The notes: generated by a model not told the origin, from the sequence alone. DNA of 64,000 bases from an uncultured Alphaproteobacteria bacterium (GCA_963841025.1 CAWJBG010000001.1:300765-364764); one strand, 5' to 3'. Shown: positions 20,162-31,545, counted from the first letter of the stretch. Program-made: numbers and translations.

Positions 20162-21355
20162 ATGAACAAAATCGCCGACATACGAAGCGACAGCAGCGGA
20201 CCGCCATCGTCGGGCCGTTCGCCGTATTTTTCGGAAGAACACGAACTGCTTCGTGCTCAGGTCCGCCGTTTTGTCGAGACGGAAATCAAGCCGCACGGGC
20301 TCGCCTGGGAAGAGCAGGGCTTCGTGCCGCGCGAGGTGCTGCGCCGCATGGGCAGCCTTGGATTTTTCGGTATCCGCTATCCGGAACGCTACGGCGGTTC
20401 CGACATGGACGCATTGGCGACCGTCGTGCTCGCCGAAGAGCTTGGCCGCTCGACGTTCAGCGGCGTTGCCACGACGGCTTTGGTTCATTCCGAGATGGCT
20501 TCGATCCATCTGTTCCGCGCCGGCAGCGAGGCGCAGAAGGACAGGTGGATGCCGCCGATCATAGCGGGCGAGGTCATCACCGCCGTTGCGGTGACCGAAC
20601 CGGACGCCGGCTCTGATGTCAAAGCGATCCGCACCTTCGCACGCCGCGAGGGCGACAGTTACGTCATCGACGGCGCCAAAATGTTCATCACCAATGGCGT
20701 ACTCGCCAACCTCTACTTCGTCGCGGCGAAGACCGATCGCGGCGGTCAGCCGAGCCGGTCGATCACCATGTTCTTGGTCGAGAAAGGTACGCTCGGCTTT
20801 ACCGTTAGCCGCACACTCGACAAGCACGGCTGGCGCTCGTCCGATACCGCCGAATTGCACTTCGACGGCTGCCGCATCCCCGCTGAGAACCGGCTCGGCG
20901 AAGAGGGACGTGGCTTCTACGCCATCATGCAGAACTTTCAGAATGAGCGGACGACGATTGGCGCGACGGCGATCGGTGAATCCCAGGCTGCAATCGATCT
21001 AACGCTCGACTATGTGCGCACCCGGAAGGCATTTGGCGCGCCGCTTTGGCAAAGAGAAACCATTCGCCAGCGCCTGGCGATGCTTGCCTCGAAGGTCGAG
21101 GCCGGCCGCCAGCTCGTCTATCACGCCGCCTGGCTCGCGTCGCAAGGGATCGATGCCACCAAAGAAGTGTCGATGGTGAAGGCCTATTGCGGCGAACTGG
21201 TCAACGAGGTGATGTACAATTGCGTGCAGTTCCACGGCGGCATGGGCTTTATGCGCGAAAGCACTATCGAGCGGATGGCGCGCGATGCGCGCGTGCAGAA
21301 CATCGGCGGCGGCGCCACCGAGGTGATGCTCGAGGAAGTCGCGAAGCGGATGTAG
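20162..21355 (+). CDS. acyl-CoA dehydrogenase
   Basis: TEPDAGSD, KMFITNG and a C-terminal IGGGATEV(E) region. 397 aa. Confidence 0.9.
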   Translation: MNKIADIRSDSSGPPSSGRSPYFSEEHELLRAQVRRFVETEIKPHGLAWEEQGFVPREVLRRMGSLGFFGIRYPERYGGSDMDALATVVLAEELGRSTFSGVATTALVHSEMASIHLFRAGSEAQKDRWMPPIIAGEVITAVAVTEPDAGSDVKAIRTFARREGDSYVIDGAKMFITNGVLANLYFVAAKTDRGGQPSRSITMFLVEKGTLGFTVSRTLDKHGWRSSDTAELHFDGCRIPAENRLGEEGRGFYAIMQNFQNERTTIGATAIGESQAAIDLTLDYVRTRKAFGAPLWQRETIRQRLAMLASKVEAGRQLVYHAAWLASQGIDATKEVSMVKAYCGELVNEVMYNCVQFHGGMGFMRESTIERMARDARVQNIGGGATEVMLEEVAKRM

Positions 21356-21436
21356 CAGTGGCGTCTGTCAGGTTCTTGCCGGGCGGCCGGTTTTGAAGGA
21401 AAATCGGTCAACCGTAAAAGCGAGGGAGGCACGCCG

Positions 21437-22324
21437 ATGGACATCATCCCGATAGGTCCGGGTTTTGCCGCCGAGCTGCGCGGCATAACGCTTGCCGATG
21501 TTGCCGCCGATGACGAGGCTTACCGCCGGACGCGGGCGGCGTTCGAGGAGCATTCGGTTCTGGTATTTCGCGATCAGGATGTGACCGACGAGTCGCAGCT
21601 TGCGTTCTCGCGGCGCTTCGGTCCGCTGGAGGTGACCCACGTCGCCGCGGAGGGGGCCGGGACGAACCTCGTGATCCTCACCACCATCGATAAGGACGGC
21701 AATGTGGTGCCGGGCGACCACCGGCTGGCGCTGCGCAATAAAGCTAACCAGCTCTGGCACACCGACTCCACTTTCAAGAGTACACCGGCGCTCGCTTCGG
21801 TGCTCTCCGGACGGGTCATGCCGGCGCAAGGCGGCGAAACTGAATACGTGTCGACGCGCCTTGCCTGGGAGCGGCTCGATCGGGCGACCCAAGAAATGCT
21901 CGCGAAGTTTTTCGTCTGGCATGACTACTCGCATTCGCGCGGGAAGATTTCGCCCAATCTGGTCGGCACCTCGGAGCGCGCTGCGCTGCCGCCACAATGC
22001 TGGCGCATGGTGTGGCCCAATCCGGCGAACGGGCGCGCTGCGCTTTACCTCGCGTCGCATGCTTATGCGATCGAAGGCATGGAGCAGGCGGCGGCGCAGA
22101 AGCTGCTGGCCGAGCTGATGGATGCCGCGACCGCCCCGGGGCTGAGCTACGAGCATGCCTGGCGAAAGGGCGACGTGGTGATGTGGGACAATCGCGCGAC
22201 CATGCATCGCGGCCGGCCGTGGCCGGCAAACGAAGCGCGCTTCATGGTTCGCACCACGATTGCCGCGACCGAGGCAGACGGCTTGGCAAGCGTGCGGCCG
22301 CCGGCACGCCAGGCGGCGGAGTGA
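21437..22324 (+). CDS. TauD/TfdA family Fe(II)/2-oxoglutarate dioxygenase
   Basis: WHTDSTF (H-x-D), WDNRATMHRG, and TfdA-like length of 295 aa. Confidence 0.85.
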   Translation: MDIIPIGPGFAAELRGITLADVAADDEAYRRTRAAFEEHSVLVFRDQDVTDESQLAFSRRFGPLEVTHVAAEGAGTNLVILTTIDKDGNVVPGDHRLALRNKANQLWHTDSTFKSTPALASVLSGRVMPAQGGETEYVSTRLAWERLDRATQEMLAKFFVWHDYSHSRGKISPNLVGTSERAALPPQCWRMVWPNPANGRAALYLASHAYAIEGMEQAAAQKLLAELMDAATAPGLSYEHAWRKGDVVMWDNRATMHRGRPWPANEARFMVRTTIAATEADGLASVRPPARQAAE

Positions 22325-22333
22325 CGATCCGCT

Positions 22334-23326
22334 TTAGGGTTGATAGGCCCGGTTGGGAATGGTGAAGCCGCAGCTTGATCCGTCGGTGACCGCGACTTCA
22401 TCTTCCCACGGCAGCCGGTATTGGCCGGCCACCAGATCGCGCATGTAAGTGTAAGGGCAATCCTGCGCCCCGCCTTTGACCGCGACATAACCGCGATGGC
22501 CGAACTGGTAGATATTGTTCTCGACGCCCCAGAGGCGGCGCGCCTCGTCGGCGAGCTTCGGCCGCACTTCTGCAGTGATGATCTCGTCGGGTGCGCCATT
22601 CCCGGTCACGATCGGCGTGCCGTCGAAATTGACGATCATGCCTTCGCCCATGGAATTGAACACGCCGTCGGTGCCGGCCATGCAGACGTTTGCGGTGTAC
22701 ATCAGGTTTGAGAACGCGTTGCTCTGATTGCTGACGTGCCAGGCCTGCCGGATCGGCGCGGTGTAACCGGCCGTGCGCAGCATGATGTTGGCGCCTTTGT
22801 AAGCGCACTCGCGCGCCATCTCCGGGAACATGCCATCGTGGCAGATGATCAGCGCGACCTTGCTGCCGTTCGGCCCGTCGCAAACCGGAATGCCGAGATT
22901 GCCCGGCTCCCACGGTTCGACCGGCACCCACGGATGCATCTTGCGATAATAGAGTTTCAGTTCGCCGCGATCGTCGATGATGATGCCGGAATTGTAGGGA
23001 TTGCCGTCGGGATTGTACTCCATGATGGAAAAACAGCCCCAGATGTGATTGTCGGCACACGCCGTCTTGAAGCTTTCCACTTCCGGGCCGTCGAGCCGCG
23101 ACATCAGGTCCGCGTTGGTATCCATCGAGAGGCCGTGCAGCGAATATTCGGGAAATACGACGAGGTCCATCGTCGACATATTTTTGCGCGCCTTCTGCAC
23201 CATCGCGCAAATCCGCTTGGTCTGCACCGCAAGATCGCTCTTGGTCGCGATCGTCGGCAATTGCAGCTGAACGAGCCCAATCACCACGCCGTCGGGAGCT
23301 TTGTTCAATCCACCGAGCCCACTCAT
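22334..23326 (-). CDS. amiF: formamidase (nitrilase-superfamily amidase, AmiF-like)
   Basis: FPEYS, YRKMHPWVP and the catalytic C in LIICHDGMFPE. NNIYQFGHRGYVA and LPWED match my memory of Helicobacter AmiF better than AmiE. AGGAG RBS before the ATG at 23326. Confidence 0.8.
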   Translation of the reverse strand: MSGLGGLNKAPDGVVIGLVQLQLPTIATKSDLAVQTKRICAMVQKARKNMSTMDLVVFPEYSLHGLSMDTNADLMSRLDGPEVESFKTACADNHIWGCFSIMEYNPDGNPYNSGIIIDDRGELKLYYRKMHPWVPVEPWEPGNLGIPVCDGPNGSKVALIICHDGMFPEMARECAYKGANIMLRTAGYTAPIRQAWHVSNQSNAFSNLMYTANVCMAGTDGVFNSMGEGMIVNFDGTPIVTGNGAPDEIITAEVRPKLADEARRLWGVENNIYQFGHRGYVAVKGGAQDCPYTYMRDLVAGQYRLPWEDEVAVTDGSSCGFTIPNRAYQP

Positions 23327-23421
23327 CCACGTCTCCTTTTTCGTCTCGCTGTTCCCGGCCGGCCAGGGCATTTAAGCTGTTCCGTCACCGAAAGGCCACG
23401 ACGGAAATGTGCGAGGCATAA

Positions 23422-24349
23422 TTGGACGAAGAATTTGACGTAGCGATTGCCGGAGCGGGCGTTGCCGGTTTGACGGCAGCGCTTACCGCTGCGCGTCTCG
23501 GGTGCAAGACGCTCGTCCTGTCAGGGGACGTTCTCGGCGGACTTCTTATCAGCATCGAAAAGGTTGAGGGATTTCCCGGGTTCGTCGAAGGGGTTCCGGG
23601 TTACGACCTGTGCCCGATGATCCAGGAGCAGGCGGTCGCCGCGGGGGCACAATTCACTTCCGGCGGTCTGGAAGGTTTCGATCGGCAAAATGGCGGCTGG
23701 CTGCTCGAGAGTGGCGACACAAAAGTGCGCGCGCGGGCCGTCATTCTGGCAATCGGCGCGACACTCAAGGAGCTCGGCGTTCCCGGCGAGGAACGCCTCC
23801 GCGGAAAGGGCGTCAGTCATTGTGCCAGCTGCGACGCGCCGCTCGTTCGCAACAAGACCGTCGCGGTTGTCGGTGGCGGCGATTTCGGCCTTACAGGAAG
23901 CTTTGACGCTGGCGGCATTTGCCGAACGTGTGATCATTCTGCAGCACGGCGCCGATTTGACCGCTCAGGCGGTTTATCGCGATCGTGTCGCCAGTCATCC
24001 GAAGATCGAGATTCGTTTTGATACTGTTGTCGAGGAAGTTCTCGGTGACGGCAAAGTGGGCGGCGCTCGCATCCGCGACACCAACGGCAATGCGTCCACC
24101 GATCTGGAACTGGCGGCGCTGTTCGTCTACATTGGCCTGGAGCCGGCGACCACGTTAGTAAAAGCCCACGTCAAGCTCGATCCGTCGGGTCGCATTCCGG
24201 TCGACGCGCGGATGCGGACCAAACTGCCGGGTGTGTTTGCAGCGGGTATCGTGCGATCGGGCTCGGTAGGCCGTGCCGTTGCCTCTGCCGGCGACGGGAC
24301 GATTGCAGCGATCGCGGCGGAGCAGTATCTAGCGGACGGCAACTGGTAG
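23422..24349 (+). pseudogene. thioredoxin-reductase-like FAD/NAD(P) disulfide oxidoreductase, frame broken at T-run 23883-23885
   Basis: ORF 23422..24021 gives DVAIAGAGVAGLTAAL..GKGVSHCASCD..VAVVGGGD. ORF 23690..24349 continues SALQEALTLA..VIILQHG..PGVFAAGIV. Deleting one T of GATTTCGG restores GGGDSALQEAL. Confidence 0.65.
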
Positions 24350-24375
24350 TCTGTGCGCGGGAATGGAAATCGGAG

Positions 24376-26013
24376 GTGCGGATGAGCGAACTCCTGACGG
24401 TCCACGATCCTCGCGGTTACCCGCCTAAGGTCGCGGGCAAACGGCTTGCGTCTCGCCTGCAGAGTCTCGACGGCAAGATCGTCTATCTGGTCGATTGTCT
24501 GTTCGACAATTCCGCCGCCTTCATGGACCAGCTGCAGCGCTGGTTCGGCCAGCATCTGCCGGCGGTCGTCACCCGTATCATCAGGCCGTACGAGAGCTGG
24601 GAAGACGATCCCGACATGCGCGCCAAAATCGTCGCCGACGGCGACGCGGCGATATTGGGTGTCGGTCTTTGAAGCACCTGTAGCCCGACGGTCGTCGGGT
24701 TGACAATGGCGCTGGAAGAAAGCGGCGTGCCGAGCGTCGCAGTCCATACCCATGCCTTCGCACGGTTGGCCCGCGCCAGCGCACTCGCCAACGGCATGCC
24801 GCGTACGCGGCAGGCGTTTGTGCCGCAGCCGGTGGTCGATCGAACGCCCGAACAGTTACGCGCCTACATCGAGGGCACCGATCCGATCTCCAAACGGCCG
24901 TTCGTGCAGGAGGTGATCGAAGGGCTGACCGGTCCCCTTACCGACGATGATCTCAAAGGTGTTTCGTTCGACCGCTCCACGCCGCGGCTGCTCGCTCCGG
25001 ACACGGAGGACAATCTCCAGGCCTTGTTTATCGAAAACCACTGGACGGATTTCCTGCCGGTGACGCTGCCGACCGAGGAGCGCGTCGCAAAGATGCTCAA
25101 AGGCACCAGCTTGCCGCGCGACAAGGTGGTCGGACGGATGCGCCCGACGCGCTTCCGCGAATTTTGGGAATTCACCGTCGAGAAGGTTGCCGTCAACGCG
25201 GTGATGGCCGGTGCGCGGCCGGAGTATTTGCCGGTGATCCTGGCGATGGCCGCAAGCGGGCAAACCGCGCGATCGAGCAGCACGACATCGTTTGCGACGA
25301 TCTCCGTCGTCAATGGCCCGATCCGGAACGAGATCGGCATGGATGCCGGCATCGGGGTGCTCGGTCCCTATAACCACGCCAACGCCACCATCGGCCGTGC
25401 TTTCGGATTGCTGTCGCAAAATCTGCAAGGCGGTTCGGTGCCAGGCGAATCTTATATGGGCTCGCTAGGCAATTGGTACGCCTACACGGCCGCGTTCCCC
25501 GAAAACGAAGAACGCAGTCCCTGGCAACCGCTGCATGTGCAAAAAGGCTTTAAGCCGACTGATTTAACCGTCAGCGTCTTTTTCGGCGGCTGGTATGCGC
25601 AGAGCGGATATGGCCCGCGCGAAACCTGGAAGGAACGGTTCATCCGCTGCCTCGCGGCGACCGAACACTACAGTCCGCCGCTCTTGGTGCTCGATCCGAT
25701 CGCCGCGCGCGGTTTTGTCGAACTCGGCTTCGACACCAAGGAGAAACTGATCGCGTGGTGCGCCGAAAACGCCCGCTTGCCGGCGCGGCAATACTGGGAC
25801 GATCAATGGATTCAGACGTTGATCCGACCGCTTGCGGTAGCCGGCGTCGAGCCTTACGCGACGCGGCTCAAGGCCGATCCTGACGAACTGATCCAGATGT
25901 ACCTGCCGCAGGAGATCAACATCGTGGTTGCGGGCGGCGAAACCCAGGGCGCGTGGAAGATGTTCGGAGGCTCGCTGCGCAACGCGACCATTTCCGTTGA
26001 CGCCTGGCGGTAG
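24376..26013 (+). CDS. candidate selenoprotein: GrdB/UGSC-like N-terminal domain with in-frame UGA (Sec) at 24670-24672, fused to an uncharacterised ~350-aa C-terminal domain
   Basis: Tracked ORFs 24376..24672 and 24700..26013 share one frame, and the TGA is the only stop between them. The context is ..DAAILGVGL-U-STCSPTVVGLTMALEESGVPSVAVHTHAF.. (U-x-x-C). A SECIS-like hairpin starts 9 nt after the TGA. Confidence 0.6.
24681..24702 (+). promoter_or_regulatory. SECIS-like stem-loop downstream of in-frame UGA
   Basis: CCCGAC (24684-24689) pairs with GUCGGG (24694-24699) around a GGUC loop. The stem is extendable by G.U, A-U and U.G pairs (24681-83 with 24700-02). The position relative to the UGA is similar to the E. 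coli fdhF element. Confidence 0.5.
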
Positions 26014-26026
26014 AATGGACGCCCGA

Positions 26027-27112
26027 TCAGCTAGCCCACGGCAGCACGACAATTCGCCCGACGAGATCGGGCGAATTCACCAGCAGTTCATGGGCCTCGC
26101 CGATTCGCGCCAACGGAAATCGTGCCGCGACCCGAGGTTTGATGCGGCCGGCGCCAAGAAGCTTGAGCACGGTCAGCATGTCGTTCATGCGCGCGCCGCG
26201 CATGCCGAGGAGATTGAGTTCGAGCCGGATCATATCGGCTGCGGTAAACGGCAACGGTTCGCGGCCCTGTTCGCTGCTGATGACGAGGCTACCGCCGAGC
26301 CGCATCACCTTGCCGATAAAACGCAAGAGCTCGGGACTGCCGGTATAGTCGACGGCATGATCGACGCCTTCGCCGCCGGTCAGCGCCAGCACCTCGGCTT
26401 GGGCGCGCTCGGCGTCTTGGGTAACCACCGCGGCATCGGCGCCGAGGTCGCGCAAGACTTCGGTCTTCGCTGAATGGCGCGTCGTCGCGATCACCCGCGC
26501 ACCGGCAAGCTTGCATAATTGCACGGTCGCCTGGCCCATGCCGCCCGAGGCTCCGGCGATCAGGACGGTGTCGCCCAGCCGCACCTGCAGCCGGTCGCGC
26601 ACCACCCGGTGCGACGACGAGAACGGCCAAAGCGCGATGCCGGCTAGTTCGTAATCGACCCCGTCGGGTAACGGCAGCCACAAGCGCTCCTCGCGGATGA
26701 GATATTGCGCATAGGAGCCGAACGCCTGGTGGCCGGGAATGGCAAGATTGCGCGACAAATTGCCGAGCCCGCGCGCGCTCTCGACGGAATTTGGGTCCTC
26801 CGGATGGGTGACACCGATCACGCGGTCGCCTGATTTGAAGCGCGTCACCGCACGCCCGACCGCGACGACTTCGCCGGCGGCCTCGCGGCCCAATTGTTGC
26901 GGCAACGGAAACGCGGCGCGCCCGGGAAGCTGATAGCGCGCGAGGTCGCCGGCGCGGTACTTGACGTCCCAGCGCGACACTGATGCGGCGAGGTTCTTGA
27001 CCAGAACGTCGCGCTCGCCAAGCGCGGGCAGGTCATATTCGCCGTAGACGAGCTTTTCCGGGCCGCCGTACTCGAACAGGCGCACGGCCATTGTTTTTGT
27101 CGGGATCGTCAT
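26027..27112 (-). CDS. zinc-type alcohol dehydrogenase / quinone oxidoreductase family (MDR)
   Basis: GREAAGEVVAVG and the Rossmann motif IAGASGGMGQATVQL. 361 aa. Confidence 0.85.
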   Translation of the reverse strand: MTIPTKTMAVRLFEYGGPEKLVYGEYDLPALGERDVLVKNLAASVSRWDVKYRAGDLARYQLPGRAAFPLPQQLGREAAGEVVAVGRAVTRFKSGDRVIGVTHPEDPNSVESARGLGNLSRNLAIPGHQAFGSYAQYLIREERLWLPLPDGVDYELAGIALWPFSSSHRVVRDRLQVRLGDTVLIAGASGGMGQATVQLCKLAGARVIATTRHSAKTEVLRDLGADAAVVTQDAERAQAEVLALTGGEGVDHAVDYTGSPELLRFIGKVMRLGGSLVISSEQGREPLPFTAADMIRLELNLLGMRGARMNDMLTVLKLLGAGRIKPRVAARFPLARIGEAHELLVNSPDLVGRIVVLPWAS

Positions 27113-27189
27113 TCTAAAAAAGCACCGCAGGTATCCGCCCCTTCAAGTTTATCCAAACGCATATGTACGGATAGTCGCGGCGCCGCCAA

Positions 27190-28461
27190 TCATTTTTCCA
27201 GCAACGCCACGATTTCGACGTGAGCCGAATAGCGGAATTGATCGACCGGCGTAACTGCGTTCAGCCGATAGCCGCCGCGCACCAGTTCGCGAACGTCGCG
27301 CGCAAACGTGCCGGCGTTGCACGAGACGGCGACGACGCGCGGGACATTGCTGGCGGCAAGCTCACGCGCTTGCATTTCCGCGCCTTGCCGCGGCGGGTCG
27401 AAGACGACGGCGTCGAAGTTTTTGAGCTCCGCCGCCGTCAGCGGGCGGCGGAACAGATCGCGGCGTTCCACCTGTACTGGCTTGAGCCCGGCGGTCGATG
27501 CAGCTGCGCGCTTAAGCGCGGCGAGTGCGGCTTCGTCGTCGTCGACCGCGAGCACGCGCGCGCTCTCGGCAAGCCGCAGAGCGAACGGGCCGATGCCGGA
27601 GAAGAGATCGGCGACGCGGGTCGCGTCCGCGCATGCGTCGAGCACGAGCCGCGCCAGCGTGGCTTCGCCTTCCGCGGTGGCTTGCAGGAAGGTTGCCGGC
27701 GGCAACGCCACAATTGATTTGCCGACGCGCAGCGTCGGCATGCGCGACTGCGCGATGAGTTCGCCGTGGCGTGTCAGCCGCGCAAGATCGTGCTTGGCAC
27801 TGACGGCCGCCAACGCGGAGACGAGCGGCGCCGTCAGCGCGCCGGAGCCGCGCACATCGACATCGAGGCCGGCGTCCGTTGCCGTGACCTGAATGTCGAG
27901 CGGCTTTCTGGTTGGATCGAGCATTTCGGCGATTGCCCACGCCGCCTTTAGCGCGCCGTCCAGGCTTCTGGCCAGAACCGGACAATGGTCGATGGCGACC
28001 AGGTGGTGGGCGCGCGCCGCGGAGAACCCGACCTCGAGCACATCGTGCGTGCCGCGGCGAGCGTGAAATACCGCGCGGCGGCGGCCTTCGCCGTGCGCGT
28101 CGATCAACTTGGCGACCGGCGCGTCGACGCCCGCCTGCTGCAAAGCCGTAATGACAAGATCGCGCTTCCAGGCGCGATAGCGAGCGGTTTCCCAGTGCTG
28201 TACGGCGCAGCCGCCGCAGACGCCAAAGTGCGGGCAAATCGGCTTGATGCGCTCTGCGCTCGCCGCATCAACGTGGAGAAGCCGCCGCCGATCAGGATGG
28301 CCCGGCACCGCTTCGACCTCGACGGTCTCGCCCGGAAGCGCGCCCGGAACAAAAATCGCGCCGTCGGTGCCGCCGGCGATGCCGTCGCCGAGATGGCCAA
28401 CCCGGTCGATGACCAGCCGCTCAACCACGCTCGGCCTCGACGAAGAATTCTGCATTGCCAT
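27190..28461 (-). CDS. class I SAM-dependent RNA (uracil-5-)-methyltransferase (RumA/TrmA family)
   Basis: Fe-S cluster cysteines ([14 protein letters not shown]), SAM motif (DLFSGIGPF) and C-terminal VSCN. Confidence 0.8.
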   Translation of the reverse strand: MAMQNSSSRPSVVERLVIDRVGHLGDGIAGGTDGAIFVPGALPGETVEVEAVPGHPDRRRLLHVDAASAERIKPICPHFGVCGGCAVQHWETARYRAWKRDLVITALQQAGVDAPVAKLIDAHGEGRRRAVFHARRGTHDVLEVGFSAARAHHLVAIDHCPVLARSLDGALKAAWAIAEMLDPTRKPLDIQVTATDAGLDVDVRGSGALTAPLVSALAAVSAKHDLARLTRHGELIAQSRMPTLRVGKSIVALPPATFLQATAEGEATLARLVLDACADATRVADLFSGIGPFALRLAESARVLAVDDDEAALAALKRAAASTAGLKPVQVERRDLFRRPLTAAELKNFDAVVFDPPRQGAEMQARELAASNVPRVVAVSCNAGTFARDVRELVRGGYRLNAVTPVDQFRYSAHVEIVALLEK

Positions 28462-29161
28462 CGCCGCCGAGAATCGGTGAGGGCATCAAGCCGCCGATGC
28501 GCCATCCTCGCGCCGCAAGAAACGCGGCGATGTCATCGCAGACCGCTGCACGCACTTCCGCATCGCGCACGATGCCCTTCTTGATATCGCCGCGCCCCAC
28601 CTCGAATTGCGGCTTGATCAGCGCCAGCAGCGCGGCGCGCGGCGTCAACAAATTCTCGATCGCGGGTACCACCAGCTTGAGCGAGATGAAACTCACGTCG
28701 ACGGTCGCGAACCCCGGTCGCTCGGCAAAGCGCGAGCGATCGAGCGTGCGGATGTCGGTTTCTTCCATCGAGACGATCTCAGCACGGCCGCGCAGCGACG
28801 AATGAAGCTGGCCGCGCCCGACATCGATGGCATAAACGCGCTTGGCGCCGCGCAGAACCAGAACCTCGGAAAAGCCGCCGGTCGAGGCGCCGACATCGAT
28901 GCAGGCACGATCCACGACATCGAGCTGAAAATGATCGAGCGCCGCCGCAAGCTTGACCCCGCCGCGGGAGACGTAAGCGTGTTCAGGCTTAGCTACGATG
29001 ACGGCGGTAGGGGAGAGTTCCTCCGCGGCCTTGCGCACCGGCCGGCCATCCGCGGTCACGAGGCCCGCTGCGATCGCCGCCTGCGCACGCACGCGGCTTT
29101 CAAACAGACCACGCTCGACCAAAAGCCGATCGGCGCGTTGGCGGGAGGTCATAGTGTCCAA
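28421..29161 (-). CDS. tlyA: TlyA family rRNA 2'-O-methyltransferase
   Basis: S4 domain ([15 protein letters not shown]), DVGASTGGF and KPQFE. Confidence 0.85.
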   Translation of the reverse strand: MDTMTSRQRADRLLVERGLFESRVRAQAAIAAGLVTADGRPVRKAAEELSPTAVIVAKPEHAYVSRGGVKLAAALDHFQLDVVDRACIDVGASTGGFSEVLVLRGAKRVYAIDVGRGQLHSSLRGRAEIVSMEETDIRTLDRSRFAERPGFATVDVSFISLKLVVPAIENLLTPRAALLALIKPQFEVGRGDIKKGIVRDAEVRAAVCDDIAAFLAARGWRIGGLMPSPILGGDGNAEFFVEAERG

Positions 29162-29269
29162 TGCTTACAACAAGCCGGCTAGTCGGACTTTTTCCCGACC
29201 ACCCACACTTCACGGCGCTGCTTCAGGACGTGGATGCCCGGCACGAGGCCGGCCATGACGAGTGAAGTG

Positions 29270-31216
29270 TTACTGCCGGACGAGTTTCACCACGTCGCCC
29301 TGGACGTTTTGTCCGAGCGCTTCGAACGCCTTGGCGACAATGCTCTTCGCATCGAGCCCCGCCTTGGCGTACATCGCGTTGGGCGAGTCCTGGTCGATAA
29401 ACATGTCGGGCAGCACAAGCGAGCGGATTTTAAGCCCGCGGTCGAGGACGCCGTGCTCGGCCAGCGCCTGCATCACGAAGCCGCCGAAGCCGCCGATCGA
29501 GCCTTCTTCCAGCGTCAGCAATACCTCGTGCTCGCGCGCGAGCCGCAGCAGGAGATCGACATCGAGCGGCTTGGCGAAGCGCGCGTCGGCGACGGTGGTC
29601 GACAGACCCTGAGCGGCGAGTTCGTCGGCCGCCTTCAAACATTCGCCGAGCCGCGCGCCATAAGAGAACAGCGCAACCTTGGTGCCTTCGCGCAGGATAC
29701 GGCCTTTGCCGATTTCGAGCGGCTTGCCTTCTTCCGGCATCGGCACACCGCGGCCTTCGCCGCGCGGGTAACGCAGCGCCGATGGCCGATCGTCGATCGC
29801 GACTGCGGTCGCCACCATATGAACCAGTTCGGCTTCGTCGCCCGCTGCCATCAGTACGAAATTCGGCAGGCAGCCGAGATAGGCGATGTCGAACGAGCCG
29901 GCATGGGTCGGGCCGTCGGCGCCGACCAGACCGGCGCGATCCATGGCGAAGCGCACCGGCAATTTCTGGATCGCCACGTCGTGGACAACTTGGTCGTAAG
30001 CGCGCTGCAGGAACGTCGAATATATTGTCGCGAACGGTTTAAAGCCTTCGGTCGCGAGCCCCGCGGCGAAGGTGACGCCGTGCTGCTCGGCGATGCCGAC
30101 ATCAAAGGTGCGCTTCGGAAATTCTTTCTGGAAGAGATCGATGCCGGTGCCGGACGGCATCGCCGCGGTAATGGCGACGATCTTGTCGTCCTTGCGCGCT
30201 TCCTTGATCAGGCTCTCGCCGTAGACCTTCTGATAGGCGGGCGCGGACGGTTTAGATTTCACCTGCGCGCCGGTGGCAACGTCGAACTTGACCACGCCGT
30301 GATATTTGTCGGCAGACTTCTCCGCCGGCGCGTAGCCTTTGCCCTTTTGGGTGACAACGTGGACCAGGAACGGCCCGTTGCCGGCGTCACGCACATTTTT
30401 GAGCACCGGCAAAAGATGATCGATGTTGTGGCCATCGATCGGCCCGACATAGAAGAAGCCGAGCTCGTCGAACAACGTGCCGCCGGTGACGAGGCCGCGT
30501 GCGTATTCCTCGACCGCCATGGCGCGCTTCGCCAGCACGCGTGACGGCATACGCTTGGCGATCCCTCGCAGGATGTTGCGCATGCTCCGGTAAGTGCGGC
30601 CGGAGACGCGGCGGGCGAGATAGGCGGAGAGCGCGCCGACCGGCGGCGCGATCGACATGTCGTTGTCGTTGAGCACGACAATGAGGCGCGAATTCATCGC
30701 GCCCGCATTGTTCATCGCCTCGTAGGCCATCCCGGCCGACATGGCGCCATCGCCGATCACAGCGATCACGTTGTTGTGTTTGTTTTCCAGATCGCGCGCC
30801 ACGGCCATGCCGAGCGCTGCCGAGATCGAAGTCGAGGAATGCGCAGCGCCGAACGGATCATACTCACTCTCGGCGCGCTTGGTGAAACCGGACAAACCAC
30901 CGCCCTGACGCAAGGTGCGGATACGGTCGCGGCGACCGGTCAGAATTTTGTGCGGATAGGCTTGGTGACCGACGTCCCAAATCAGCCGATCGGCCGGGGT
31001 GTCGAATACATAGTGGAGCGCAACCGTCAGCTCGATGACGCCAAGGCCGGCGCCAAGGTGACCGCCGGTAGCCGCAACCGCGTCGATCGTCTCCTGCCGC
31101 AATTCATCAGCAAGCTGGCGTAACTGACCTTCTTCGAGCTGCCGAAGATCGCTGGGAGTTTTGACAACATCGAGCAACGGGGTCTTGGACAAGGGGGTCT
31201 CGGACAAAACGGTCAC
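29270..31216 (-). CDS. dxs: 1-deoxy-D-xylulose-5-phosphate synthase
   Basis: [40 protein letters not shown]. 648 aa. Confidence 0.95.
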   Translation of the reverse strand: MTVLSETPLSKTPLLDVVKTPSDLRQLEEGQLRQLADELRQETIDAVAATGGHLGAGLGVIELTVALHYVFDTPADRLIWDVGHQAYPHKILTGRRDRIRTLRQGGGLSGFTKRAESEYDPFGAAHSSTSISAALGMAVARDLENKHNNVIAVIGDGAMSAGMAYEAMNNAGAMNSRLIVVLNDNDMSIAPPVGALSAYLARRVSGRTYRSMRNILRGIAKRMPSRVLAKRAMAVEEYARGLVTGGTLFDELGFFYVGPIDGHNIDHLLPVLKNVRDAGNGPFLVHVVTQKGKGYAPAEKSADKYHGVVKFDVATGAQVKSKPSAPAYQKVYGESLIKEARKDDKIVAITAAMPSGTGIDLFQKEFPKRTFDVGIAEQHGVTFAAGLATEGFKPFATIYSTFLQRAYDQVVHDVAIQKLPVRFAMDRAGLVGADGPTHAGSFDIAYLGCLPNFVLMAAGDEAELVHMVATAVAIDDRPSALRYPRGEGRGVPMPEEGKPLEIGKGRILREGTKVALFSYGARLGECLKAADELAAQGLSTTVADARFAKPLDVDLLLRLAREHEVLLTLEEGSIGGFGGFVMQALAEHGVLDRGLKIRSLVLPDMFIDQDSPNAMYAKAGLDAKSIVAKAFEALGQNVQGDVVKLVRQ

Positions 31217-31545
31217 GCGAATGCTCCTTCTTATTAGCCTTGGTGGCCCTCATCGGGCCTAAACGGCAATTTTTTCGGTCAGCCCAGCCGATAGAACAAG
31301 ACGCACAAACCCCCAGTATTTACACTATATCCGGCAGACAACGCAATTTACTGCGCTGACTTCCCGGAAACCGGCCGAGGACTCCCACGTTATACCTCAA
31401 CCACTTATGTTGGGGGGAGTTGCACCTTTTGCTATGGCACAGATGCCACAGGGAGGGTTTTTTTGATTTTTGTGGTTGCCGTCACGAGCCACCGTGGAAG
31501 CCCTGCGGCGGGCCGAAAATACGGTAAAAGTGCGGGTTAACGTCC

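Noticed and set aside
29205-29270. 9-bp inverted repeat (ACACTTCAC / GTGAAGTGT) just beyond the dxs stop, as a terminator.
   Set aside because: The arms are about 50 nt apart, there is no U-tract, and the match is weak enough to be chance in GC-rich DNA.
31435-31448. Sigma-54 promoter (TGGCAC...) upstream of ligD.
   Set aside because: TGGCACAGATGCCA lacks the GG-N10-GC spacing. It is better described as a 5-bp hairpin.
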